A stretch of 64,000 nt of DNA, taken from NCBI GenBank assembly GCA_038087875.1, contig JAXLNO010000645.1, positions 372,001-436,000 on the forward strand, written 5' to 3'. Below, one piece after another: positions 26,979 to 41,154 of the stretch; the first letter of the stretch is position 1; each line of letters starts with the position of its first letter. The translations under genes and the position numbers were made by a program. The notes under the pieces are model-generated. The model did not search any database, was not told where the DNA came from, and worked only from the letters and a program-made list of their open reading frames with translations. The DNA is from Malacoraja senta. Lineage: Eukaryota.

Positions 26979-28072
26979 TGTAATGTCTGCTGTACAACCA
27001 TGTTGTGACTAGCACAATGAATACGGTCTGACAACTATGACATCTTGTAAGAAGAGTTTGTTTCCTACAACTAACAGAAACTTCTAGAAGCCCACTTGAC
27101 CTCAGTCACGAGTCACACGCCAACTCGCCAGCTTGTACTCCTGGCCTCAAGAGGCGCTGGCATTTACATTACATCTCCGCCTTCAAATTTATTTACATTA
27201 CATCTCCCCCTTCAAATTTGAGGTCACAATTTTTTCAATGCTAATAAATTTAACCTTGAATCAATTTAATGTGGATAACAAACTATTTCCAATATTAATA
27301 TTGATGACAAACACAAACGTTACATCTCACCCTTCAACTTTGGGGTTTCATTTACGTGTACGTCCATGGCATATAAATGAAAATACAGTACTATTTACTA
27401 AAATGCAAATCTAAAGCCATTTAGATTTGGCTTCATTTAATTCAGCAGAACATTTGTACATTTTCCATGTCGTTTCGTTCAATAATATTTTGCATTCGAT
27501 TTAAATTCTGCTTATGAGCTTTAATATCCACATAAAGTTTTACATTAGAATCAATTAAGAGTGTTGCTGTTTTCCACTTTCACCTCAAAGCCTAGAAACT
27601 CAAGGATTCTGTCTCGTTGCCTCTCACTACATCTGGGAGACTAGCTCCTGCATCTCGCTGCGTCTCGGCGAATCATGTCATCTGGGGGATTGGCTCCATC
27701 TGGGAGACAATTTCTTGCTTCTGGGAGACTGGCTCCTCCATCTAGGTTTCTCGTGTCTGTCTAAATGTGGACAATCCCCGGCTTCAGAGGTCTATCCTGG
27801 GCTACAGGTCAATATCCTGGGCTACAAGTCTCTATCCTGGGCTATAGGTCTCTATCCTGGGCTACAGGTCCTATATCCTGGGCTACAGGTCTATATCCTG
27901 GGCTACAGGTCTCCATCCTGGGCTACAGGTCTATATCCTGGGCTCCAGGTCTATATCCTGGGCTACAAGTCTCTATTCTGTGCTACAGGTCTCTATCCTG
28001 GACTACAGGGCTCCTGGCCTCAAGAGGCGCTGGCATTTACATTACATCTCCCGCTTCAACTTTATTTACATT
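26979..28072 (-). mobile_element. Internally deleted LTR retrotransposon (probably Gypsy)
   Basis: LTR 27202->26979 with TGTAATGT...ACATTACA termini, preceded by PPT TTGAAGGGGGAGA; partial second LTR at ~28011-28072. Confidence 0.7.
27790..28010. repeat. 20-bp minisatellite (TATCCTGGGCTACAGGTCTM), about 11 copies
   Basis: Seen directly. Confidence 0.95.
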
Positions 28073-29916
28073 CCTTCTCTCACTCACTCACTCTCATTCA
28101 CCCACACTCAATCTCACTCACTCACTCTCACTCTCCCACTAACTCTCACTCTCTCACTCACTCGCTCACTCTCACTCACTCTCACTCAATCTCACTCACT
28201 CACTCTCACTCTCCCACTAACTCTCACTCACTCGCTCACTGTCACTCACTCTCTCACTCACACTCAACCACTCACTCTCACTCACTCTTCACTCACTCAC
28301 TCTTCACTCACCCACTCACTCTCACTCACTCACTCCTCACCCACTCACTCTTCAATCACTCACTCTTCACCCACTCACTTTTCACCCACTCACTCTCACT
28401 CTTCACTCACTCACCCACTCCCTCTCACCCACTCACTCACACTCTCACTCACTCTTCACACACGCACTCACTTTTACTCACCCTCACTCACTCACTCACA
28501 CACTCACTCTAACCCACTCACTCTCAGTCACCCACATACACACTCTCACTCACCCACACTCTCACTCACTTACCAACGCACTCACTCACTCTCACTCTTC
28601 ACCCACTTACTCTTCACCCACTCACTCTCACTCACTCATTCTCTCACACTCACCCACTCACTCTCACTCACTCACACCCACTCACTCTCACTCACTCACT
28701 TACCCACTCACTCTCACTCACTCATCCACCCACTCTCACCCACGCACACTCACTCACTCACTCTCACTCTTCACCCACTTACTCCCACTCACCCACTCAC
28801 TTTCACTTACTCATTCTCTCACACCCACCCACTCTCACTCACACCCACCCACTCTTACCCACTCACTCTCACTCACTCACTCTCACTCACCCACTAACTC
28901 TCACCTACCCACTCACTTTCACTAACTCTCACTCACTCCCACCCACTCATTCTGACCCACTCACTTTCACTCACCCACTCACTCTCACTTACTCTCACTC
29001 ACCCACGCACTCACTCACTCACTCTTCACCCACTTACTCTTCACCCACTCACTCACTCACTCTCTCACTCACTTACACTCACTCTCTCACCCACTCACTC
29101 ATTCTCACTCATTCTCACTCACTCTCACTCACTCACCAACTCACTCACTCACCCACTCACACTAACTCTCACTCACTCTCACCCATTCACACATTCTCAC
29201 TCATCCTCACTCCCCCATCCACTCTCACTCACCCTCACTCACCCTCTCACTCACACTCACTTTCACCCACGCACTCACTCAATGTTCACCCAGTCATTCT
29301 TCACCCACTCACTCTTCACCCACTTATTCACTCACTCACCCACTCTTCACCAACTTACTCACCTACTCACTCATGCTCTCACTCACTTTCACTCACGCTC
29401 ACTCACCCAATCACTCTCACTCACCCACTCACCTACTCTCACTCACTTACCCACTCATTCACTCTCTCACACTCTTCACTCACTCATGCACTCACTCTCA
29501 CAATCTCACTCACTCTTCACTCACTCACCCTTCACCCACTCATTCACGCTCACTCTCACTCAATCACACTCACTCTCTCACTCACTCCCACTTTCACTCA
29601 CTCACATTAACACACTCACTCACTCTCATGCACCCACTCACTCTTCACTCACTCTCTCACTCACCCACTCCCTCACTCACTATCACTCATTCACACTAAC
29701 TCACTCACACTCACCCTCAATGACTCACATTCTTCACTCACTCTTGTTTAATCCCACTCACTCTCTCTCACTCAATCTTCACACTCACTCTCTCACCCAC
29801 TCACACTCTCACTCACTCTTCACTCACTTACTCTCACTCTCATCCATTTACTCTCACTCACTCCCTCACTCTCACTCTCTCTCTCTCTCACTCTTCACAC
29901 ACTCGCTCTTCAGATT

Positions 29917-29957
<41 letters not shown>

Positions 29958-29981
29958 ACACACTCGTTCTTCACTAATTCT

Positions 29982-30012
<31 letters not shown>

Positions 30013-30821
30013 TCACACACTCGCTCTTCACTAATTCTTCTCTCTCTCTCTCTCTCTCTCTTTCACTCTTCACTAATTTTTCTCTCTCTCTTTTTTTTTC
30101 CTTCTCTTCCTTCATCCGGTCCACCTTAGCTGAAGCACCGGTAACTAACATGTTCATCAGACACGGACTGCCCCAAACCACCACCTACATGAAAGTTTCA
30201 AAATCTCGGCGCTTTCTCTCAGCATTGAGTGCATTAATGTAAAAAGAAAATGTATCTACGGTATTGGACACAAATATTAAACACAAATTGCCTGTGGTAT
30301 CAGTGAAACTTTCTGTGTGTATACTTTTGTAAATAGTTTTCAATATTCCTTGTTTTTAATTTGTTTTTTAAGAAAATAGCTATTATAAATGAATTTCATC
30401 AATTTGTTTTTAGAAATAAAGTTTTGAGAGTTTTAAGGCACAAGGCTTTGGCTGCTGTTATTTTTCTGCTCTGACCATAACCGCTGCTCTCTGCATGATG
30501 TTTATTTGTTGTTCTGAGTTTGGTTCCATGGTATGGATTAGGTATTGGCAGTACAGCCATCTCTTACACATCACAGATCCAAGCACAAGCCTGATTTCCC
30601 AATAAGCTGTTCACGCACTATTTATGGTAACTCCCTTCAATAGCATTATCGAGATAGACACAAAGTGCTGGAGTTACTCAATGGACCGGGCAGCATATCT
30701 GGAGAAAAACAATGGGTGATGTTTTTGTTTTGTTTAGATAAACAGCACGGAAACCGGCCCCTTCAGCCCACGGAGTCCATGCCGATCAGTGATCCCCGCA
30801 CACTAACGCTATCCGACACAT

Positions 30822-31370
30822 ACTTACTTACTTAGACTTAGTTCCTCCCACACTGTTGAGTGCATTGGGCAGCAAGCTTTGGCCATTCTGTTCGGTTATG
30901 TGCGACGTTTTCCACCCTCGATAGGTTAGCGTCCCGGGGCTTACAAATCCTACCGGAATGTTCACCTCATGTGACTTTTGGTCGGCCTCTTTTACTTCTT
31001 CCGTCAGCTTGCCATGTCATTGCTATCTTAGGTGCACGTTCTGGTGACATTATGAGTACATGTCCTGCAGATTTCATCCTGTGTCCCTCCATGTCCTGGC
31101 TGAGAGGCTTTGTTGCAGTTCCCCGGTAGATCTCCTCGTTTGTGATGTGGTCTCTGTAGCTAGTCTTCAGGATCCTCCTCAAGCAGCGTTGTTGGGATGC
31201 ATCCAATTTCTTTTTCATCTTCACATTGATTTTCCATGTGTCAGTGGCACAGAGGGCTGTAGGGAGGACTGCGGACTGGAAGAGTTTGACTTTTAGCATC
31301 TTGGATATCCCACCACTAGACCATGTTGGCTGCATTTGTCTGAAGACTGATGCAGCTTTACCAATTCGGG
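30822..31370 (-). mobile_element. RTE-clade LINE 3' fragment (twin at ~54440-54980, +)
   Basis: QRCLRRIL..YRDHITNEEIY...AGHVL....R.PK.AMTW...RGRPK.T; (TAAG)n tail. Confidence 0.85.
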
Positions 31371-34199
31371 GTAATTTATAATTTTACAGAAGCCAATTAA
31401 AACCTTAGCACCTTTGGCATGTTGGAGGAATCCGGAGCACCTGGAGAAATCCCACAAAGGTCACGGGGAGAACGTAAAACTCCATACAGACAGCACTCAT
31501 AGTGTGGATCGAACCTGGGTCTCTGGCGCTGTAAGGCAGCAGCTCTAACGTGGGTGACGTTTTGGGTCGGGACTCTCCTTCAGACTGAAAATAGAGGGGA
31601 GGGAATTGGAGGTAAGAATAGAATAGAAACATAGAAAATAGGTGCAGGAGTAGGCCATTCGACCCTTTGAGCCAGCACCGCCATTTAATATGATCATAGC
31701 TGATCATCCAGAATCAGTACCCTGTACCTGATTTCTCCCCATATCCCTCTTGATTCCGTTAGCCGTAAGAGCTAAATCTAACTCTCTTAAACACACCAAA
31801 ATAGAACAAATCAGGGCCAGCAACAGATGACCAAGGAAGGGTGGAGCCCATAATGGCCCATTGTTGGCTGGGGAAGTGGTTATAACGAAGGGATACAATT
31901 AACATTATTACCGACCCAAAACATTGCCTATCCATGTTCTCCAGAGATACTGTTCCACTCAGATATTTTGTGTAGACCAGCATCTGCAGTGGAGCAGTTT
32001 GAAGAAGGGTCTCGACCCGAAACGTCACCCATTCCTTCTATCCAGAGATGCTGTCTGACCTGCTGAGTTACTCCAGCATTTTATGTCCAGCATCAGCAGT
32101 CCTTTGGTTTCATATTCTCCCTTCTACCCATTCCTCCCCCACTCCCAATTCCTCCGTCTACACCGCATCCGCACCCAGGATGAGGTGTTCCAGACCAGGG
32201 CATCGGAGAAGTCCTCATTCTTTAGGGAACGGGGGTTCCCCTCTTCGATTATAGATGAGGCTCTCACCAGGGTCTCCTCTATATCCCGCAGTTCTGCTCT
32301 CACTCCCCACCCCCCTACTCGTAACAAGGACAGAATCCCCCTTGTCCTCACCTTCCACCCTACCAGCCGTCGCATCTGTGCCCCCACCTTCACCTCCTTT
32401 CCCCATTTTGTACCAACATTTGATACAGTAACATTTAAACGACGTAGGAAGGAACTACAGATGCTGGTTTACACTGAAGATAGACACAAAAAACAGCGGT
32501 TCAGACAACATCTCTGGAGAAAAAGAATATGTGACATTTTTGGTCCAGACTCTTCTTCGGACTCAAGTCTGTTGCCATCTATAAAACTTCTGTCATGTTT
32601 CAATGGTAGACTTCCAAAATATATTGGACATTTGGGCACAATTTCAGAAAGTGTGATGCGTAGGTCCCGAAATGAAAGCGAGGAGCCAGGTATTTCGGGA
32701 GGCACCTTTATCTATGTCCTTCCAGGTTGTAGGGAAGTACACGAGAGAAAGATGGCACCCAAACCCTTGCCTTTAAACCTCTGGTTAAGGGCCGCGTCTG
32801 GACTGAACCATTCCCGTGCCGAGGGGTTTGACAGTTAGGATGGTCCGACCGTTGGGAGCCGCCACAAAAGTTTAAATTAGAGATACAGTGCAGAAACAGG
32901 CCCTTCAGCCCACTGAGTCCGTGCCGACCAGTGATTACCCACACACTAATACTATCCCACACACTAGGGACAATTTACTATTTTATCAAAGCCAATTAAG
33001 CTACAAACTTGTACATCTTTGGACATTGGTGGAAACCAGAGGCCCCGGAGAAAACCCACTCAGTCACGGGACGAACGTACAAACTCCGTACCAACAGGAC
33101 CCGTAGTCAGAATCGAACCTGGGTCTCTAGCGCTGTGAGGTAGCAACTGTACCGCTGTGCCGCCCCTGAATGTATCCAACTGTAAATCCTTGGTGTTGCA
33201 CCTGTTACATAGTTCCCTTGAATGGGCTTTCCAATTACACAAAGTGGCGTTCTCTGTTACAGGATTCTCAGTAGGATTTGCATTATAGTGCAAGGATTTC
33301 TGGCTGCCCATTGCTATCAATCCAGCTGTTTTCCTTGCTGGTTCTGGTTAGACAGATGTTTCTCATAAATAGTCTAATGATCCAAATGAATTGGAGAAGT
33401 GAGATTCACAACAAGTCCAGAAATCAGTTTAGCATTTTGATTAATATGTTCTTTTAAACAAGATTAGTCGTGGAATGTGCAACTTCTCATGTATGGTCTG
33501 TAAACTCTTCCTATATTGTGATCTAATTATGCTTCTGAACTGCTAGCCAAACAGTGTTTAATCCTGATGAACACTGAAATGATCAAAAGATGCTGATGCA
33601 AAACGTCGCAAAAGTCATGCTACATAACTTTTAGTTTTGATTTTAGAGATACAGCGTGGAAATGGGCCCTTCGGCCCACCGAGTCCACGCCAACCAGCGA
33701 TCACCTGTACACTAGTACTATCCTACACACTAGGGCCAATTTACAGAAGCCAATAATCTGCACATCTTTCGATGCCCATTCTAATGACTTTGCCTTCCCA
33801 CTCTTTCCACAGATGCTGCCTGACCTGCTGAGTTACTCCAGCACTTTGTGTTTTGCTCCAGATTCCAACATCAACATTCCCTGTGTTCCCATTCTATTTT
33901 CACTTGGTTCTCAGATTATAACTTTTAAACTTTGGAGATTACTCCACCTTATTTTCTCTTACATCTTCAAGCTTTGCAAAACCAAATAATTAGTTTAGTT
34001 GAGTGATACAGCGTGGAAACAGGTCCTTTGGCCCACCGAGTCCGCTCCAGCCAATGATCATCCTACACACTAGGGACAATGTACAGAAGCCAATTAACCT
34101 ACAAACCTCCACGCGGTCACGGGAAGAACATACCAACTGCGTAGAGACAGCAGCCGTAGTCAGGATCGAACCAGGGTCTGTCGCACCAAAGGTTCTTAA

Positions 34200-34470
34200 T
34201 GATAGACACAAAGTGCTTGAGTAACTCAGCAGGTGAGCCAGCATATCTGGAGAAAATGGATAGGTGACGTTTCACAGAGTGTTGGAGTAACTCAGCGGGA
34301 CAGGCAGCATCTCTGGAGAACATGGATAGGTGACGTTTCACAGAGTGCTCGAGTAACTCAGCGGGTCAGGCAGCATCTCTGGAGAACATGAATAGGTGAC
34401 GTTTCACAGAGTGCTCGAGTAACTCAGTGGGTCAGGCAGCATCTCTGGAGAACATGGATAGGTGACGTTC
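34200..34470. repeat. Tandem ~64-bp units derived from the Penelope-type terminal repeat
   Basis: GAGTAACTCAGCGGGTCAGGCAGCATCTCTGGAGAACATGGATAGGTGACGTTTCACAGAGTG repeated about 4 times; about 2 units in arm B. Confidence 0.85.
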
Positions 34471-36096
34471 GGATCAGGACCCTTATTCGGACTGATTGTG
34501 GGTGGGAGGGGTGGATTGGAAGCAAGAAAGGACCAGGACAAATCAGGATCGGCAACAGATTATTTCAGGCAAGGACAGTACAGAAACATAGAAAATAGGT
34601 GCAGGAGTAGGCCATATGGCCCTTTGAGCCAGCACCGCCATTCAATATGATCATGGCTGATCATCCAGAATCAGTAGCCCGTTCCTGCTTTCTCCCCATA
34701 TCCCTTCATTCTGTTAGCTCTTAGAGCTATATCTAACTGAAAGGCTGATTATCTGCTAGGGATGGTGTGAATCTGCGCAATATATTGTGAACTGTGGAAC
34801 TAGTTAACTGAATTTTAGTGCAAGAAGGGGGTGGGAGGGTGGAGGGGGGGGGAGGAGAGGAGGAAGGGGAGCATATGTAGAAGTTACCTGAACTCAGAGA
34901 ATCCAATGTTTACATCACTGGGTAGTGAGTTGTTCCTCCATGTTGTGTACAGCCTCAATCTGGCAAAGGAGGAGGCCCGGGACACATTTCTTAAAGGCAC
35001 ACACATGCCATAGGTAGAACAATGGAAGATAGACTATATTCCTCACCAGTGTGAGGTGAAGGACTTGGTGAGGGCTATTCACGGTGGGAATGCATAGGGA
35101 ATGGTGGATTCCAACGGAGTATTGAGGAATGGGGAGTTTGGAGTACGAGGATCCTTGAAATTGGCAACATTTAAGGTGGTAAAGAAGGCATACATCCACT
35201 ACTGATTTTCCAGCATCCTTGGTTCCAGAGCCTTTCTGGATTATCTGTTTTGCCGGACCAACAGTGAAGAGGTTTTTTGGTGTGGGCTATCCAGTCAGTG
35301 GAAAGGCTATACATGAATCTCAGAATACATACATCTTAGAATAAAGGGGAGGCCATTTAAGACTGAGGTGACAACAAACTTTTTCACCCAGAGAGTTGCG
35401 AATTTGTGGAATTCCATGCCACAGAGGGCAGTGGAGGCCAAATCACTGGATGGATTTAAGAGAGAGTTAGATAGAGCTCTAGGGGCCAGTGGAATCAAGG
35501 GATATGGGGAGAAGGCATGCACGGGTTATTGATAGGGGACGATCAGCCATGATCACAATGAATGGCAGTGCAGGCTCGAAGGGCCGAATAGCCTCCTCCT
35601 GCCCGTATTGTCTATGTTTCTATGATAACAACCAAGCCGCTCCTCTAGTACGGAAACAAAAATGCATCATCTATGGAGCGGAGGAAATAGGCAACGTTTC
35701 ATTCCGAAGAAGGGTTTGGGCCCGAAACGTTGCGTATTTCATTCGCTCCATAGATGCTGCTGCACCCGCTGAGTTTCACCAGCATTTTTGTACCTTCCAT
35801 TTTCCAGCATCTGCAGCAAAGATACTAGAGGATCCGCCATATAATCTTTGATCTGCAGTTCCTTCTTCAACACTTTGTCCTCGAGTATCTTTGTTGTCCA
35901 CAAAGGCGCTTCCAGCGGGAGGGGATGGGGATGGGACGGTTTAGGAGTGGGTTTTTGTTGTTTTTTGGTGTATTGAGGGTGGGAGGGAGAGGAAAAAGGA
36001 AGGGGAAGAGGGAGGGAGGGAGAGGGAGAGGGAGAGAGGGAGGGAGAGAGAGGGAGAGTAGGCGAGAGGGAGAGAGGGAGAGACGGAAGGAGACAG

Positions 36097-36598
<502 letters not shown>

Positions 36599-37162
36599 GT
36601 TGAAGAACATAATTCAAACATCAAGTTGACCACAAAGTGTAAAAGATGTTTTCATTTTATTTGGAAAGGCCACTAAAGAAAACAGAGAAATAGTTGAGTA
36701 TAGGAGCAATGAGGTCCTTCAGCAGTTGTACAGGGTCCTGGTGAGACCACACCTGGAGTATTGTGTGCAGTTTTGGCCTGTTCGCGTTCATAACAAGAGG
36801 AGTTGAGTACAGGAGAAAAGAGGTCCTTCTGCAGTTGTACAGGGCCCTGGTGAGACCACACCTGAAATATTGTGTGCCCACACACACTCACGCCCTCCAC
36901 GCGCGCAAGCACGAACGCCACCACTCTGAAGTTAACTAACGATTGAATGTAATAGGTGGTAGACACAAATGCTGGAGTAACTCTGCGGGTGAGGCAGCAT
37001 CTGTGGAGCGAAGGAAATAGGGAACGTTTCGGGCCGAGATCCTTCTTCAAATGCTGGGGTCAAACTTGCAAATCTGCTCCGAAAGTGAAAACTGCAATTC
37101 CTTTAAAATTCATCCCTCTCTCTCTCTCTCCATTCCTCTCTATCTTTCCCTCTCCCCCTCCT

Positions 37163-37621
37163 ATGTCAGGACTTTCATATGAAGAAAGACTGGATAGACT
37201 CGTTTGTACTCACTAGAATTTAGAAGATTGAGGGAGGATCTTATAGAAACGTACAAAATTCTGAAGGGGTTGGACAGGCTAGATGCAGGAAGATTGTTGC
37301 CGATGTTGGGGAAGTCCAGAACAAGGGGTCACAGTTTAAGGATAAGAGGGAAATCTTTTAGGACCGAGATGAGGAAAACATTTTTCACAAAGAGAGTGGT
37401 GAATCTCTGGAATTCTCTGCCACATAAGGTTGTTGAGGCCAGTACATGGCTATATTTAAGAGGGAGTTAGATGTGGCCCTCGTGGCTAAAGGGATCAGGG
37501 GGTATGGAGAGAAAGCAGGTACAGGATACTGAGTTGGATGATCAGCCATGATCATATTGAATGGCGGTGCAGGCTCGAAGGGCCGAATGGCCTACTCCTG
37601 CACCTATTTTCTATGTTTCTA

Positions 37622-37622
<1 letters not shown>
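37163..37622 (+). mobile_element. CR1 3' fragment (similar: 35335-35625 +, 38955-39570 -, 40236-41140 -, 44040-44378 +, 45210-45562 -, 51500-51860 +)
   Basis: YEERLDRL, LEFRRLREDLIETYKIL, FTKRVVNLWNSLP; conserved 3' GAAGGGCCGAATGGCCTACTCCTGCACC. Confidence 0.9.
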
Positions 37623-38489
<867 letters not shown>

Positions 38490-38490
<1 letters not shown>

Positions 38491-38710
38491 TCCTGTCTGC
38501 AACGCGAACCAGAGAGAGACAAGAGGGCGGGTTCTTTCTCCCTCCCTCTGACTGACGTCCGTCTCCTGCAATCACTCGCCGCTTCCGGCCATTTGCAAGT
38601 CCCGCCCGGTTGATTGACGTCTCTCTCCGCCAATGGGGACGTCCCATCAGTCAGAGGGCCGGATGTCCCGCCCACGCCGTCCCCTCTATGATGTCATCGT
38701 TGCATTACAC
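38490..38710. promoter_or_regulatory. CpG-rich, housekeeping-type promoter-like island
   Basis: GC boxes (38525, 38601, 38667), TGACGTC (38553, 38615), overlapping ETS/YY1-like CTTCCGGCCATTT (38582-38594), CCAAT (38630). Confidence 0.5.
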
Positions 38711-39854
38711 GTCTGGGGCAAAGATCTCCGCGGAGCTCCGCTATAAGATCCTTGATCTGGGGTTTTGCAAGATTATTGTTATGAATTTAATGCATTTCTC
38801 ATCCCGGGGATTTGCAATATCACTTTAATGCAACGCATTTGCTGCATTTAACATTGCAGGAGGGTGCAAAGTTATTCCAATGCAATGCATTTGTTGCATA
38901 AAACATTTTTGAAGGGTTTTGCAAGATTATTGCTATGAATTTAATGTATTTCACATACATAGATACATAGAAAATAGGTGCAGGAGTAGGCCATTCGGCC
39001 CTTCGAGCCTGCACCGCCATTCAATATGATCATGGCTGATCATCCAACTCAGTATCCCGTACCTGCCTTCTCTCCATTCCCCCTGATCCCTTTAGCCACA
39101 AGGGCCACATCTAACTCCCTCTTAAATATAGCCAATGAACTGGCCTCAACTACCTTCTGTGGCAGAGAATTCCAGAGATTCACCACTCTGTGTGAAAAAT
39201 GTTTTTCTCATCTCGGTCTTAAAGGATTTCCCCCTTATCCTTAAGCTGTGGCCCCTTGTCCTGGACTTCCCCAACATTGGGAACAATCTCCCTGCATCTA
39301 GCCAGTCCAACCCCATAAGAATTTTGTAAGTTTCTATAAGATCCCCTCTCAATTTCCTAAATTCTAGCGAATATAAGCCGAGTCTATCCAGCCTTTCTTC
39401 ATATGAAAGTCCTGACATCCCAGGAATCAGTCTGGTGAACCTTCTCTGCACTCCCTCTATGGCAATAATGTCCTTCCTCAGATTTGGAGACCAAAACTGT
39501 ACGCAATACTCTAGGTGTGGTCTTACCAAGACCCTGTACAACTGCAGTAGAACCTCCCTGCTCCTCTACTCATCCCGGGGAATTTGCAATATCACTTTAA
39601 TGCAACGCATTTGCTGCATTTAACAATTCAGGAGGGTGCAAAGTTATTCCAATGCAATGCATTTGTTGGATTTAACATTTTTGAGGGTTTTTGCAAGATT
39701 AGTGCAAAGCGAGTTAATGCATTGAACTTCCAAGCGGGGTGGGGGGTTGCAATATTACTTGAATGCAACGCATTTGCTGCATTTAACTTTGCGGGAGGGT
39801 GCAAAGTTATTCCAATGCGATGCATTCGTTGCTTTTAACATTTGAGCTGTTTCA

Positions 39855-40010
39855 CCCGATGTGAACCCAATGGAACGTGCCTTTTATATACTGAAGAGAA
39901 AAGTGAAGGGGACTAGCCCCCAAAACAAGCATCAGCTTAAAGATGGCTGCAATGCAGGCCTGGCAGAGCATCACCAGAGAAGACACACAGCAACTGGTGA
40001 TGTCCATGAA
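39855..40010 (+). mobile_element. Tc1-like transposase C-terminal fragment (twin at ~51060-51215, -)
   Basis: PDVNPMERAFYILKRKV..PQNKHQLK resembles the Tc1 SPDLNPIE motif region. Confidence 0.7.
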
Positions 40011-40569
40011 TTTATTTTTTTATATTATTTTCATTATACTTATGGGCGCCTTTCAAAGACTCTCAAGGACGCCTTGCAGATAAGCAAATTACAAAACATA
40101 TAAGCAGAATAAAAAATTAAAAATTAGTAGGGACATCAACAACATCACAATACACAAATTAAGGACAGAATTCATTCTAAAAGCACAAAAAGAAAATTAG
40201 AAACACAATTTGAGGAGAGAGCAGCGGCAGACTTCAATAGACAATAGACAATAGGTGCAGGAGCAAGCCATTCGGCCCTTCCAGCCAGCACCGCCATTCA
40301 ATGTGATCATGGCTGATCATCCCCAATCAGTACCCCGTTCCTGCCTTCTCCTCATATCCCCTGACTCCGCTATCTTTAAGAGCCCTATCGAGCTCTCTCT
40401 TGAAAGCATCCAGAGAACCGGCCTCCACCGCCCTCTGAGGCAGAGAATTCCACAGACTCACAACTCTCTGTGAGAAAAAGTGTTTCCTCGTCTCCATTCT
40501 AAATGGCTTACCCAATATTCTTAAACTGTGGCCCCTGGTTCTGGACTCCCCCAACATCGGGAACATGTT

Positions 40570-40754
40570 GTTAAAGAAGGAACTGCAGATGCTGGAAAAG
40601 CGAAGGTACACAAAAATTCTGGAGAAACTCAGCGGGTGCAGCAGCATCTATGGAGCGAAGGAAATAGGCAACGTTTCGGCCCGAAACGTTGCCTATTTCC
40701 TTCGCTCCATAGATGCTGCTGCACCCGCTGAGTTTCTCCAGCATTTTTGTGTAC
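40570..40754. mobile_element. Palindromic Penelope terminal-repeat insertion with 15-bp TSD
   Basis: Near-perfect hairpin centred on GCAACGTTTCGGCCCGAAACGTTGC; CATCGGGAACATGTT at 40555-40569 and 40755-40769; site is empty in arm B (~50720). Confidence 0.85.
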
Positions 40755-41154
40755 CATCGGGAACATGTTTCCTGCCTCTAGCGTGTCCAAACCCTTAACA
40801 ATCATATGTTTCAATGAGATTCCCTCTCATCCTTCCAAACTCCAGAGTGTACAAGCCCAGCTGCTCCATTCTCTCAGCATATGTCAGTCCTGCCAACCCA
40901 GGAATTAACCTTGTAAACCTACCCTGCACTCCCTCAATAGCCCTGTACAACTGCAGAAAGACCTCTTTGCTCTTATACTCGACTACTCTTGTTATGAAGG
41001 CCAACATGCCATTCGCCACTCTGTGTGAAAAATGTTTTTTCTCATCTTGGTCCTAAAAGATTTCCCCTTTATCCTTAAACTGTGACCCCTTGTTCTGGAC
41101 TTCCCCAACATCGGGAACAATCTTCCTGCATCTAGCTCTAAACAATTTTGTACG

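Larger units (their letters stand above)
18050..29900. repeat. Degenerate (TCAC/CACT)n satellite, ~11.8 kb, interrupted by two insertions
   Basis: Nearly G-free plus strand over 18050-18283, 20270-26978 and 28075-29900. Confidence 0.97.

Noticed and set aside
20049..29977. Long His/Ser/Leu/Thr ORFs (up to 549 aa)
   Set aside because: By-product of a G-poor TCAC satellite that rarely makes stops; open in several frames at once.
32083..32838. 251-aa ORF
   Set aside because: Chimera of a Penelope fragment, a terminal repeat and unique DNA; no recognisable domain beyond the TE part.
33170..33620. Possible decayed Cys-rich coding sequence on the minus strand
   Set aside because: Stops in all frames and no motif I can name with confidence.
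34200..34470. CRISPR-like array
   Set aside because: Contiguous tandem units with no unique spacers, no cas genes, eukaryotic context.
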